NCBI GenBank assembly: GCA_034530875.2
Contig: JAVRCJ020000007.1
Span: 64,001-128,000, forward strand
Length of the DNA stretch: 64,000 nt
Origin: Nostoc sp. DedSLP01
GTDB taxonomy: Bacteria; Cyanobacteriota; Cyanobacteriia; Cyanobacteriales; Nostocaceae
Direction: 5' to 3'
Within the stretch, counting starts at the first letter, position 1, and each line of letters begins with the position of its first letter. Below, in pieces: positions 11,009 through 21,628 of this stretch. The position numbers and the translations under genes are program-made. Under the pieces are notes generated by a model. That model was not told the DNA's origin. It made no database searches and saw only the letters and a list, made by a program, of their open reading frames with translations.

Positions 11009-12111
11009 TCCATCAAGTTCTAGCAGATCTCGATACTCAAGATAAGAGTTTACAAGATTGGGTCGATCTGGCTTTGAAAGTTGGACAGATGAACCTCAAA
11101 GCAATGGAACTGCTTGATGCGGGAAATACCCAAACCTTTGGACATCCGACTCCCACAGTTGTCAGCCTCGGCACAACAATTGGCAAAGCAATTCTCGTTT
11201 CTGGACACGATTTGCTGGCGTTAAAAGCCATCCTAGAACAAACCGCCAACACAGGCATTGAAGTCTATACTCACGGCGAACTGCTGCCTGCACATGGCTA
11301 CCCCAAGCTGAAACAAACTTACCCGCACCTCTACGGGCACTACGGCACAGCATGGCAAAATCAAACCCATGAGTTTGAACATTTCCCTGGTGCGATTGTC
11401 ATGACGACGAACTGCCTCATGCCTCCCCATGAATCTTACAAAGACAAAGTATTTACCTTGGGGCCTGTGGGTTATCCTGGTTTGCAACATGTCAGCATTC
11501 AAGATATTTCACTAATTATCCAAAAAGCCTTGGAACTGCCAGGATTTGAGAACAAAAGCGATCGCGGCAGCGTAACTACAGGCTTTGCGCGTAATGCTGT
11601 CTTGGGTGTAGCTGATACTGTAGTTAATGCTGTCAAGGAAGGTAAAATCCGCCACTTTTTCTTAGTTAGTGGCTGTGATGGTGCTAAACCGGGACGCAAT
11701 TACTACAGCGAGTTAGTAGAAAATATGCCGGATGATTGTGTGGTTTTAACTTTAGGTTGTGGCAAGTTCCGGTTTTTCGATCGCCATCTCGGTGACATCA
11801 ATGGTATTCCTCGCCTCTTGGATGTAGGGCAATGCAATGATGCTTACTCAGCGATTCAAATTGCTGTAGCATTAGCCAAAGCCTTCAACGTTAATGTTAA
11901 TCAATTGCCGCTATCATTAGTGCTATCTTGGTACGAACAAAAAGCGATCGCCGTTCTTTTGACACTGCTTTACTTGGGTATCGAAAATATTCGCATTGGC
12001 CCCACACTCCCGGCTTTCTTCACACCTAATGTTGTGAAGCTACTCGAAAAAACCTTTAATCTCAAACTCATTACTACCCCAGAACAAGATTTAGCAGCAT
12101 GTCTTGGCTAA
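11008..12111 (+). pseudogene. hcp: Hybrid cluster protein (hydroxylamine/NO reductase), 5'-truncated
   Basis: ILVSGHDL, YTHGE, TTNC, GCDG, GCGK, GQCNDAY, SWYEQKA present; the N-terminal Cys cubane motif and about a third of the protein are absent. Confidence 0.85.
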
Positions 12112-12120
12112 TTCGTATAT

Positions 12121-12141
12121 GGTGCGGTGTAACCCCGCACC
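12121..12141 (+). terminator. Hairpin after hcp
   Basis: GGTGCGG...CCGCACC about 10 nt after the stop; no T-run. Confidence 0.4.
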
Positions 12142-12344
12142 AACATCTGCCACTATGTTAAATGGCACGTCAATATGGTGGGACAATTAGACCCCAATTT
12201 TATCTAGAAGAAACCAACAAACAGATTGTTCCTGTTGTTTTTTTTGTTGATATTTTCCGTAAAACTACCTTTACTAGTTGATTACATATTTTGAGGGTAC
12301 AAAAACATAAAATCTATATTTTCCAGGAGTAGTATTCGTCAAAT

Positions 12345-14342
12345 ATGACATACAAATTCAGTTCTATTATTTTGGGTAGCTTGGGATTTACGATCTTAAT
12401 TAATAATGTAGAAGCTAATGCAGTAACACAAATTGCTCAAACTATCAACAAAACAACACAAACTGCATTGATTTGCCAGCTAGAAGAAGCTAAAAGCAAT
12501 TTTGATGATTACGGTAAAATTACGCAAATAGTAGAAGTTGCTAAACAATATATTAAAGCTGGACAAAAAAATGAGGCTGAAAAAATATTATCCTCTGCTT
12601 TTGATATTGCCAAGTTAAAAAATGAAGCATATTTCTTCTATCCTGTAGCTAATGCTTATATCGAAATGGGAAATAACGAACAAGCATTAGTTATTTTGTC
12701 TGCAACATTAGAAGTAATTAAAAAATCGCCTTTAGATGCGATTAATAAAATTAATGAACTCCGGGCATTATTGAGTTTGTATAGTAAATTTAATCCTCAA
12801 GCTAAAGCAATCATATTAGACGAAATTTCTAAAACGATCGATACTATTGAATATCCTTACTCGAAAATTGAACCATTAACTAATCTAGCATTGGGCTACT
12901 ACGAACAAGGAGAAAAAAACAAAGCTAGCGAAATTCTAGCCCAAGCAGTAAATCTTACTAACAATATAGAAAATCCTGCTTTAAAAGGAGATGCTTTAGT
13001 TAATATAGCCCAACAATATACACAGCTGAGAATCTTAGATAAAACAATTACACTTCTAACATCTTCTCTACGAACGCTAAAAGATATTAAAACTCAAGAA
13101 AATAAGGCATCTTTCCCTAATTCCTTTACAGTTTCTCAAAAAATTACCCAGGAATATAGTAAATTAGAAAAGTATAATGAGGCTTTACAAGTTGCGATTA
13201 ATATTAAGGAATCTGAATATAAAACTAGGGCTTTAGTTGATATTGTTGATAGTTATACCAAAGCAGGAAATCAAAAAGCAGCATCTAAGATTTTATCCCT
13301 AGCATTTTCTACAGCGCTCAAGATAAAAGAGCCAAGTGAAAGAATTCCATTGTTACAGGAAGTTGCTATTAGATATGCCATTCTTAGAGAATATCAATTA
13401 GCCTTGAAAGCAACTCAAGATATAGATGGGACATTCAATATTGATGCTTTAGTTGAAGTGGTTAAAAAATCTGCCGCAGATCCTAATAAAAATATACCTT
13501 CTGAAGTCTTATCTCAAACTATCAAAGCTATCGAAACTATTGAGACAGCAGAAGGAAAAGCCCAAGCTCTAGCTTTAGTTCTTGATAGTTATCCTATTAG
13601 TGGCGAACCAGAGAAAATTAATGCTGTTTTATCACAAGCATTTGCTGTAGCTCAAACATTAGAAAATGTTCGTAACCGTTCTACAGTTTTGATAGAAATT
13701 GCCGATAAATATGGAGAAGCTGGACAAAAACAGAAAGCAGTAGAAATTTTATCCGAAGCTGCGAAAATTACTGCAACTTTGCCAGTTGGAGAATCAAAGT
13801 ACGATCGCTTAGGCAATGATGCAGGTTATGGCGATTATACAGAGATACTTCAAACTTATTCTAAACCTTATTTGCTAGAAAAAATCGCTTTACTTTATTT
13901 CAAAATTGCAGAATTTAAAAAAGCGATTCAAGTAGCTCAATCTATTGATGAGATGGAAACTCAAGCTTATGTGCTAACAGACATAGGTGCGAAATATTTG
14001 GAGTTAAAACAACGGGATAAAGGATTACAAACGTTTACCCAGGCTAGTACAATAGCTAAAAAAATCAGTTTTGCTGCTTTTAGAGATAAAGCTTTGCTGA
14101 GAATAGCAATCAAATATATTGATGCTACACTTTATGAAGAAGCTTTGAAAGTTAGTAATGGCATAGAATTTGAACCTTATCGGTTAATAGTATTAGAACA
14201 AATAACTAATATATATATGCAATTAGGAAACAAAGAAAAAGCCATTACAACTTTGTCTCAAGGACTAGCAAAATTACCCAAAACAACAAATAATTTGTAT
14301 AATAAACTGACAAAAAGGCTTGCTTGTTATCAAATTAACTAA
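12345..14342 (+). CDS. Secreted TPR/alpha-solenoid repeat protein
   Basis: N-terminal hydrophobic signal ending VEA; recurring IA..Y...G....A..IL..A helices; AGGAG RBS. Confidence 0.8.
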   Translation: MTYKFSSIILGSLGFTILINNVEANAVTQIAQTINKTTQTALICQLEEAKSNFDDYGKITQIVEVAKQYIKAGQKNEAEKILSSAFDIAKLKNEAYFFYPVANAYIEMGNNEQALVILSATLEVIKKSPLDAINKINELRALLSLYSKFNPQAKAIILDEISKTIDTIEYPYSKIEPLTNLALGYYEQGEKNKASEILAQAVNLTNNIENPALKGDALVNIAQQYTQLRILDKTITLLTSSLRTLKDIKTQENKASFPNSFTVSQKITQEYSKLEKYNEALQVAINIKESEYKTRALVDIVDSYTKAGNQKAASKILSLAFSTALKIKEPSERIPLLQEVAIRYAILREYQLALKATQDIDGTFNIDALVEVVKKSAADPNKNIPSEVLSQTIKAIETIETAEGKAQALALVLDSYPISGEPEKINAVLSQAFAVAQTLENVRNRSTVLIEIADKYGEAGQKQKAVEILSEAAKITATLPVGESKYDRLGNDAGYGDYTEILQTYSKPYLLEKIALLYFKIAEFKKAIQVAQSIDEMETQAYVLTDIGAKYLELKQRDKGLQTFTQASTIAKKISFAAFRDKALLRIAIKYIDATLYEEALKVSNGIEFEPYRLIVLEQITNIYMQLGNKEKAITTLSQGLAKLPKTTNNLYNKLTKRLACYQIN

Positions 14343-14368
14343 GCTAAATTGCAGGATCAAACCAGATG

Positions 14369-14395
14369 TAGAGACGTTGCAATTCAACGTCTCTA
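14369..14395. repeat. Small dispersed palindrome AGAGACGTTGCAATKCAACGTCTCT
   Basis: Second copy at 31089-31113; related to the insert in dnaG. Confidence 0.75.
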
Positions 14396-14489
14396 TTGAA
14401 ATTTTTAATAGAGTGGTACTCCTCAGTTGTAAGCATCAACAAAAATTTTAGAGTAATTTTTTTGGTTTAGCTTCAGAAAAAGGATTGAA

Positions 14490-14580
14490 TAGACCTCTTG
14501 CATAAATAATTTTTTATATCACGCAGAGGCGCAGAGGCGCAGAGAAGAGAACGCAAAGAAGGACTTTTGCAAGAGGTTTA
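14490..14580. mobile_element. MITE-like element
   Basis: TAGACCTCTTGCA / TGCAAGAGGTTTA TIRs around GCGCAGAG repeats. Confidence 0.6.
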
Positions 14581-14872
14581 ATAAATATAAACTCTTATTT
14601 TTATATTATTAACAACCTGAGAAATTTTGCCGATCGCCTCCAAGAATTATGAGAGAAATGAGGCTGTATTTTACATATCCATACTAAATAGCTTTTCCGT
14701 ACTTAACAAAGGTTAAAAATAATTAACTTTGGCTAATTTATCTCAAAAAATGAAAGCAACTAAGGCAATAATTAGGGTTTGAGAAATTGGATTGTTCGAC
14801 TAAGTGAGTTAGAAATCGCTAATATTTGGGAAACATGTAAATGAATTAGTTTCGTTATTAAATTTAGTAAAA

Positions 14873-17800
14873 ATGACTACAGCAGTTGATTCACTTACCA
14901 AGATTCTGGGTTATAGAATTAGCGAGCGAGTGTATGCAGGCTCTAAAACCCTAGTTTACCGTGCAATCCGCGAGGTCGATCGACTGCCAGTAGTCATTAA
15001 GATACTGAAACAAGAGTATCCGACATTCAATGAATTGCTTCAATTCCGCAATCAGTACACTATTGCCAAAAATCTTGATTTTGGGGGTATTGTTCGTCTT
15101 TACGGTCTAGAGAATTACCACAACAGCTATGCATTAGTGATGGAGGATTTTGGTGGGATCTCTTTGCGAGAGTGGATATATAAAGAAATCACCAACAATA
15201 GCGATCGCTCCTTGGAAAAATCCCTTGGGAAGCATCGCCTGCAAGCATTTTTAGAAATTGCGATCGCTTTAGCCGCAATTCTTGATGAACTTTACCGCCA
15301 CCGCATCGTTCACAAAGACATTAATCCTGCCAACATTTTAATTAACCCAGATACCAAGCAAGTAAAGTTAATTGATTTCAGTCTTGCTTCTTCACTGTAT
15401 AGAGAAACCCAGGAAATTTATAGTCCTAATGTTTTGGAAGGTACCCTTGCATATATATCGCCAGAACAAACCGGACGCATGAACCGAGGAATTGATTACC
15501 GCAGCGATTTCTACTCTTTAGGTGTTACTTTCTTTGAACTACTCACCGGAGAATTGCCTTTCCAATCTAACGATCCGATGGAACTAGTTCACTGTCATAT
15601 TGCCAAACAACCACCTTTATTAGAAGGCAGAAGGCAGGAGGCAGGAGGCAGGAGGCACAGAGAAGTCCGAGGGGAGGCTTCCTCCGATGCCTACGGCAAC
15701 GCCAGGGGCGAACGGAACTTCAAAGAGGCAGAAGGCAGGAGGGAAGAAATTCCGCAGGTGATTGCAAATATAGTGATGAAGTTGATGGCGAAAAATGCCG
15801 AAGACCGCTATCAGAGTGCTTTGGGGCTAAAACACGATTTAGAGATGTGTTTGAACCAACTGCGAACAACTGGGGAAATTGAGAACTTTGAAATTGGACA
15901 ACGAGATGTATGCGATCGCTTCATCATCTCAGAAAAACTCTACGGTCGTTATAACGAAGTAGCAAGTTTAATCGCCGCTTTTGAGCGAGTTTCTCAAGGA
16001 CGTAGCGAACTGATGCTAGTAGCAGGTTTTTCGGGTATCGGCAAAACTGCTGTAGTTAACGAAGTCCACAAACCAATTGTCCGGCAACGAGGCTACTTTA
16101 TTAAAGGCAAATTCGACCAATTTCAGCGCAACATTCCTCTGTTTGCTTTTTTACAAGCATTTCGCGATTTAATCGACCAATTGCTCAGTGAAACTGATAC
16201 GCAATTAGAGCAATGGCGGCACAAAATTCTTTCGGCTTTGGGAGAAAACGCTCAAGTCATTATTGAAACAATCCCAGAACTGGAACGGATTATTGGCAAA
16301 CAACCTGCTGTTGTTGAACTTTCTGGTAGTGCTGCTCAAAACCGCTTCAATATCTTATTTCAAAAATTTATCCAGGTGTTTACGACCAAAGATCGTCCTC
16401 TGACGATCTTTATCGATGACTTGCAATGGGCCGATTCTGCTTCTCTCAAATTTATGCAACTGTTAACGAGCGAAATAGATAGCCGATATCTGTTGCTGAT
16501 TGGGGCTTACCGAGATAATGAAGTCTGTGCCACTCATCCACTAATGCTGACGCTGCAAGAAATTGAGAAGTCACAGACTACAGTCAATACCATTACTCTT
16601 GCTCCGTTAGATCCTGCGTCGGTGAATCAGTTGGTTGCTGATACATTCAGCTGTTCCCTAGAGTTAGCTTTGCCGTTAACAGAACTAATATTTAGCAAAA
16701 CTCAAGGAAATCCATTTTTCACGACTCAATTTCTTAAAGCATTATATGAAGATGGACTGATTGCATTCAATTTTCACGGCGGTTATTGGGAATGCGACAT
16801 TGCACAGGTGCGATCGCTGGCGTTGAATGATAATGTCGTAGAATTCATGGCAGTGCAACTCCAGAAATTACCCCAAGCTACTCAAGAGGTGTTGCAGTTA
16901 GCAGCTTGCATTGGTAATTCTTTTGACTTAGAAACATTAGCGATCGCCTATGAAAAATCCCCAACCCAAACCGCTAACGATTTGTGGGTAGCTCTGAAAG
17001 ACGGGTTGATTCTACCGCAGAATGATGTTTATAAGTTTTATCAGGATTCCTCATTAGTCATTAGTCATGGGTCATTAGGAAATAGCGAACGAAAGACTAA
17101 AGATAAAGAACAAATCACAGTTTCTTATAAATTTTTGCACGATCGCGTCCAGCAAGCAGCTTATTCATTGATTCCTCAAGACCAAAAGCAAGCAACTCAC
17201 CTGAAAATTGGGCGACGTTTGTTAGAAAATACACCCGCAGCAGACCAGCAAGAGAAAATTTTCAATCTTATTAACCATCTCAATCTGGGTGCGGAATTAA
17301 TTGATAATCCTAGCGAACGAGAGCAATTAGCCAATCTCAATCTCATAGCCGGTCGTCAGGCAAAATCTGCAACAGCATACGAAGCTGCATTGAGATATTT
17401 GAATACAGGCATAATGTTTTTAGAACCAGATAGCTGGCAGACTCACTACGATTTAACGCTGAATTTGTATTTAACAGCAGCAGAAACAGAATACCTGAAT
17501 ACGAATTACGAGCAAGCAAATCTGCAAATAGAGACGCTTCTGGAAAATGTTCGGGATACATTACAAAAAGCTAGAGTTTACGAAATTAAAATTCAATCTT
17601 TAATTTCTCAGAATCAAATGCAGTCAGCGGTAGACATAGCATTAGATGTCTTGCAGATGTTAGGTGTCAGTTTAGAGCAAGAAGCGATCGCCACCTTAGA
17701 GAATGAAGCATTAATCGCCCTGCCAGAAATGACCGACCCGGATAAACTAGCAGCACAGCGAATTTTGATGACCGTTGGGCCGGCGGTTTACCTTGCTCAT

Positions 17801-20446
17801 CCCCAAATGTATCCATCAATTGTCTTTACAATGGTCAATCTGTGCATTAGATATGGCAATTCTAGCCTTGCCGCTTATGCCTATGTCATCTATGGATTGT
17901 TACTCTGTGGTGGGGGGGATATTGAGTCTGGTTATAAGTTTGGTCAGATAGCGATGGAGCTGTTAGATCGTTTTGATAGCAGGAAGCTGAAATCTAAAGT
18001 TTACATGATGTTTAATGGCAACATTCGCTACTGGAAAGAACACTTACAAACCTGCTTGCAACCTTTGCAGGAAGGATTTCATGTTGGATTGGAAACTGGA
18101 GATTTAGAATTTGCTTGCTACAACGCTACAACATATTGCGATTTTTGTTTTCATACTGAGCCAGAGTTAGAAACAGTGCTTGACAAGCAAGCTCAGTATC
18201 TTGAAATTATTCAAAATTTAAAACAAGAGTATCAGCAAATTTATAGCAAAGTCAGCAGACAATTTTTATTAAATTTAAGTGGTAGTGCAATTGATAAGTT
18301 GCGTTTGGTTGGTGAGAGTTGCAATGAAATAGAAATGTTGCCAATCTGGATTCAAAATAACCTGGGCTTCATCGTATTTCTTGTATATTTATACAAACTG
18401 ATTCTTGCCTATTTGTTTGCAGCTTATGGTGATGCGGTGGAAATTCTGCGAGCAGCAAAACCATATCAAAACTTTGCTATGTCCACAATTCATATCGTAA
18501 ATTATAACCTGTATTCGTCTCTATCGCTGTTGGCGCATTACCCAGAGGTATCAGCCAGCGAGCAGCAGCAATATCTGCAACAGGTAGATGAAAACCAAGC
18601 ACTGATGCAGGAATGGGCAACTCATGCCCCAATGAACTATCAACATCTATGGTGTTTGGTCGAAGCAGAAAGAAACCGGGTATTGGGTAACAAAGCCACC
18701 GCCATCCAAATGTATGACCAAGCTATAGAAAGCGCCAAACAGCAGGGCTACATTCAGCAAGAAGCGATCGCTAACGAACTCGCCGCCAAATTTTATCTCG
18801 ACTGGGGCAAACAGCAAATCGCGCAAAACTACACGATTGAGGCATATTACTGCTATACGCGTTGGGGAGCTAAAGCCAAAGTTACCGATTTAGAAACTCG
18901 TTATCCCCAACTTTTAGTTCCTATCCTCGAACAAGTGCATTTGAATTTCTCAACTCACGAAACAACCCTTGGATCTAGTCGGGGAAATTCTCATCATTCT
19001 TCTTCAAGTAATAGCAATACTTTTGTTGCTTTAGATTTAGCGGTGATTTTCAAAGCTTCGCAAACCCTTTCGAGTGAAATTGAATTAGAAAAACTCGTCT
19101 CTACGTTGCTGCACGTTGCCTTAGAAAATGCTGGCGCTGATAAGTGCGTGTTGCTGCTGTCTGAAAACGGCCGTTTGCTAGTGCAAGCGATCGCTAATAT
19201 CGAGAATTCCGCAACCCTACTCAATCCCCAACCGATGGAGGAAAGTTTAGAAATACCCCTGAGTCCAATCAACACGGTGAAACGTAGTTTGCAACCATTG
19301 GTGATTGTTGATGCAATAGTGCATCCGAGATTTAGTAATGATGCATATATTCAGGAGCATCAGCCCAGGAGTATTTTGTGTAGTCCAATTTTGCATCAAG
19401 GCAAATTATTGGGGATTTTGTATCTAGAAAACAATCATTCTATTGGCGCGTTTACTGACGATCGCGTTGATATCCTGAATCTTCTATGTACTCAGGCAGC
19501 TATTTCTTTAGAAAATGCTCGTTTGTATCAACAATCTCAGCACTTGTATCAACAATCGCTACACTACAGTCAACAATTAGAGCGATCGCTGCAAGAAGTA
19601 CAGCAGATGCAGCTGAAATTAGTCCAGAATGAAAAAATGTCAGCTTTGGGAAATCTCGTAGCTGGCGTTGCACATGAAATCAACAATCCCGTCGGTTTTA
19701 TTTCTGGCAACATCGAACCAGCAAAAGATTATGTCCAAGATTTGTTGGGGTTAATCAATCTTTACCAAGAAAAGTTTCCCGATCCTGGTTCGGAAATCGA
19801 AGATGAAATTGAGGCGATCGACCTGGAGTACTTGCGCGAAGATTTACCCCAGTTGCTCGACTCGATGAATTTGGGCGCTAATCGCATTCGTAGTATCAGC
19901 AATAGTTTGCGAACTTTTTCCAGAACTGATAAAGATTACAAAGTGCCCTTCAACATTCACGACGGCATTGACAGCACAATTTTAATTCTCAGACATCGTT
20001 TGAAAGCCAACGAATTGCGCCCAGCAATTGAGGTAATTAAAAATTATGGCGCATTACCTCCCATCGAGTGCTTTGCCGGACAACTCAACCAAGTATTTAT
20101 GAATTTGCTAGCAAATGCCATTGATGCCCTAGAAGAATCTAATCTTGGCAAGAGTATAGAAGCGATCGCTGCAAAACCCAATTGCATTACCATTCAAACT
20201 AACGTCACCCAATCAGGCGATGGCGTTGTCATTCGCATTGCAGACAACGGAGTGGGAATGTCCCCACAAGTGAAGCAAAAAGTATTTGACCATTTGTTCA
20301 CTACCAAAGCTGTCGGTAAAGGCACTGGATTAGGATTAGCGATCGCCCGTCAAATCGTAGTGGAAGCTCATGACGGCACAATTGAAGTAGATACCACCTT
20401 GGAAGATGGAACAGAGTTTGTAGTCACGCTACCGATTAAGGCTTAA
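14873..20446 (+). CDS. Ser/Thr kinase-AAA ATPase-GAF-histidine kinase
   Basis: HKDINPAN, GFSGIGKT, GAF, AHEINNP, DNGVG, GTGLGL; contains two repeat-derived inserts. Confidence 0.95.
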   Translation: MTTAVDSLTKILGYRISERVYAGSKTLVYRAIREVDRLPVVIKILKQEYPTFNELLQFRNQYTIAKNLDFGGIVRLYGLENYHNSYALVMEDFGGISLREWIYKEITNNSDRSLEKSLGKHRLQAFLEIAIALAAILDELYRHRIVHKDINPANILINPDTKQVKLIDFSLASSLYRETQEIYSPNVLEGTLAYISPEQTGRMNRGIDYRSDFYSLGVTFFELLTGELPFQSNDPMELVHCHIAKQPPLLEGRRQEAGGRRHREVRGEASSDAYGNARGERNFKEAEGRREEIPQVIANIVMKLMAKNAEDRYQSALGLKHDLEMCLNQLRTTGEIENFEIGQRDVCDRFIISEKLYGRYNEVASLIAAFERVSQGRSELMLVAGFSGIGKTAVVNEVHKPIVRQRGYFIKGKFDQFQRNIPLFAFLQAFRDLIDQLLSETDTQLEQWRHKILSALGENAQVIIETIPELERIIGKQPAVVELSGSAAQNRFNILFQKFIQVFTTKDRPLTIFIDDLQWADSASLKFMQLLTSEIDSRYLLLIGAYRDNEVCATHPLMLTLQEIEKSQTTVNTITLAPLDPASVNQLVADTFSCSLELALPLTELIFSKTQGNPFFTTQFLKALYEDGLIAFNFHGGYWECDIAQVRSLALNDNVVEFMAVQLQKLPQATQEVLQLAACIGNSFDLETLAIAYEKSPTQTANDLWVALKDGLILPQNDVYKFYQDSSLVISHGSLGNSERKTKDKEQITVSYKFLHDRVQQAAYSLIPQDQKQATHLKIGRRLLENTPAADQQEKIFNLINHLNLGAELIDNPSEREQLANLNLIAGRQAKSATAYEAALRYLNTGIMFLEPDSWQTHYDLTLNLYLTAAETEYLNTNYEQANLQIETLLENVRDTLQKARVYEIKIQSLISQNQMQSAVDIALDVLQMLGVSLEQEAIATLENEALIALPEMTDPDKLAAQRILMTVGPAVYLAHPQMYPSIVFTMVNLCIRYGNSSLAAYAYVIYGLLLCGGGDIESGYKFGQIAMELLDRFDSRKLKSKVYMMFNGNIRYWKEHLQTCLQPLQEGFHVGLETGDLEFACYNATTYCDFCFHTEPELETVLDKQAQYLEIIQNLKQEYQQIYSKVSRQFLLNLSGSAIDKLRLVGESCNEIEMLPIWIQNNLGFIVFLVYLYKLILAYLFAAYGDAVEILRAAKPYQNFAMSTIHIVNYNLYSSLSLLAHYPEVSASEQQQYLQQVDENQALMQEWATHAPMNYQHLWCLVEAERNRVLGNKATAIQMYDQAIESAKQQGYIQQEAIANELAAKFYLDWGKQQIAQNYTIEAYYCYTRWGAKAKVTDLETRYPQLLVPILEQVHLNFSTHETTLGSSRGNSHHSSSSNSNTFVALDLAVIFKASQTLSSEIELEKLVSTLLHVALENAGADKCVLLLSENGRLLVQAIANIENSATLLNPQPMEESLEIPLSPINTVKRSLQPLVIVDAIVHPRFSNDAYIQEHQPRSILCSPILHQGKLLGILYLENNHSIGAFTDDRVDILNLLCTQAAISLENARLYQQSQHLYQQSLHYSQQLERSLQEVQQMQLKLVQNEKMSALGNLVAGVAHEINNPVGFISGNIEPAKDYVQDLLGLINLYQEKFPDPGSEIEDEIEAIDLEYLREDLPQLLDSMNLGANRIRSISNSLRTFSRTDKDYKVPFNIHDGIDSTILILRHRLKANELRPAIEVIKNYGALPPIECFAGQLNQVFMNLLANAIDALEESNLGKSIEAIAAKPNCITIQTNVTQSGDGVVIRIADNGVGMSPQVKQKVFDHLFTTKAVGKGTGLGLAIARQIVVEAHDGTIEVDTTLEDGTEFVVTLPIKA

Positions 20447-20489
20447 CGGGGAACACAGAAGGGTTTGGACAAGGATTTAAACCCGTTGG

Positions 20490-20632
20490 GGCGGGGTGTG
20501 GGGTGTGGGGAAAAACTCTTTCCCACAACCTCTATCGTCACAAGCCCCGTCAACTTCGGCGACGCTTGCGCCCTGAGGGATCGGAATCCTCTTAGGGCGC
20601 CGTCTTCACTACACCCCACACCCTACACCCCG
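20490..20632. repeat. Composite hairpin repeat between convergent genes
   Basis: GGGGTGTGGGGTGTGGG and CTACACCCCACACCCTACACCCC arms; inner GCGCCCTGAGGGA/TCCTCTTAGGGCGC palindrome. Confidence 0.65.
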
Positions 20633-20676
20633 TTCAAATCAATGACAGCTGTAAAGCCCCTACCGGGGATTGCGAT

Positions 20677-21510
20677 TTAATTATCTTGATTCAAAGGTTT
20701 GCAACAATCAATCAGTTGTTGATTAGCTATTTCTTCTAGGCCGACGGAATTGAGCAAAGTTTTCCACTTTGTTAGTAAAGTCTGATTTTGCCGATCGCTC
20801 AGGCGTAATTCTACCAAACTCGCGATCGCATCGTACCAAATACCATTTTCGGCATAAAGCGCGGTCTTTTCTTGGAGTGAGGATTGTTTGAGTTGTTCTT
20901 CTAATGTTGAATTTTGATTAACTCTTTGCACCCAACCTTCTACATAATCTAGCGTTATCAGTTGTGTTTCGTCGCATTTCACCTTTACCTTAAAAAACCA
21001 GTGATACATTTTTCCCATTTGCAATGAGGTGACGCTGGCAGGTAAATTAACGCTAATAATTCCTGGTGATTTTGGTGGCGTTAGTGAAGTTCTGTATAAA
21101 GTCTGACCTTTTTTGATTGTCTCGTCTTTTAAAACAAACTCAATGTCGGCAATAGATGAGGCATTATATGGAACAAAAAAGAAAAAGTTAGGATTTTCAG
21201 AGTTTGTTAAACCCCAAACTTGAGTTATGGGAGGATCTACCAGTTGCTTACCTTGGTTAAGAGTATGCTCGTAGGTTGGTACTAAGGCTGTTAATGTTTG
21301 ATTAGTTGCTTTGCATCCACGGCTTGCAGCCCCGCCTCTAGAACCTGTTGCACTTCGGTCTGGTGGTGGCGGTGGTGGGATGAATTTGACTGAGGCAAAA
21401 TGATTATTAGCAAGATGATTATTAACTGGTAAAGCTTGCAGTTGTAGGGGATAGGATATGTTACTAGTGAATGCTATCCCCAAGACTATGATGTGTTGAA
21501 TAGTTTTCAT
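20677..21510 (-). CDS. DUF928-family exported protein
   Basis: Signal-like N-terminus, PPPPP, GGAASRGC, LTALVP, P.FFFFVPY, YHWFF, GWVQR, YAENGIWYDA. Confidence 0.85.
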   Translation of the reverse strand: MKTIQHIIVLGIAFTSNISYPLQLQALPVNNHLANNHFASVKFIPPPPPPDRSATGSRGGAASRGCKATNQTLTALVPTYEHTLNQGKQLVDPPITQVWGLTNSENPNFFFFVPYNASSIADIEFVLKDETIKKGQTLYRTSLTPPKSPGIISVNLPASVTSLQMGKMYHWFFKVKVKCDETQLITLDYVEGWVQRVNQNSTLEEQLKQSSLQEKTALYAENGIWYDAIASLVELRLSDRQNQTLLTKWKTLLNSVGLEEIANQQLIDCCKPLNQDN

Positions 21511-21628
21511 AGTTTGTAATCTAGGAAAATGATATTAATTAAGAATCAATGGGTTTTATATCTTTATCCTACGGCAATCCTAAGAGCATAAATATGTAGC
21601 TAAATTTTTTGTAATCGGGGTAAGAATT

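Noticed and set aside
15311..15334. HKDINPAN as a dead kinase
   Set aside because: Catalytic Asp and Asn are retained; I recall this variant as common in the family
20465..20680. 71-aa ORF (and the similar 60903-61088 ORF)
   Set aside because: Built from repeat elements
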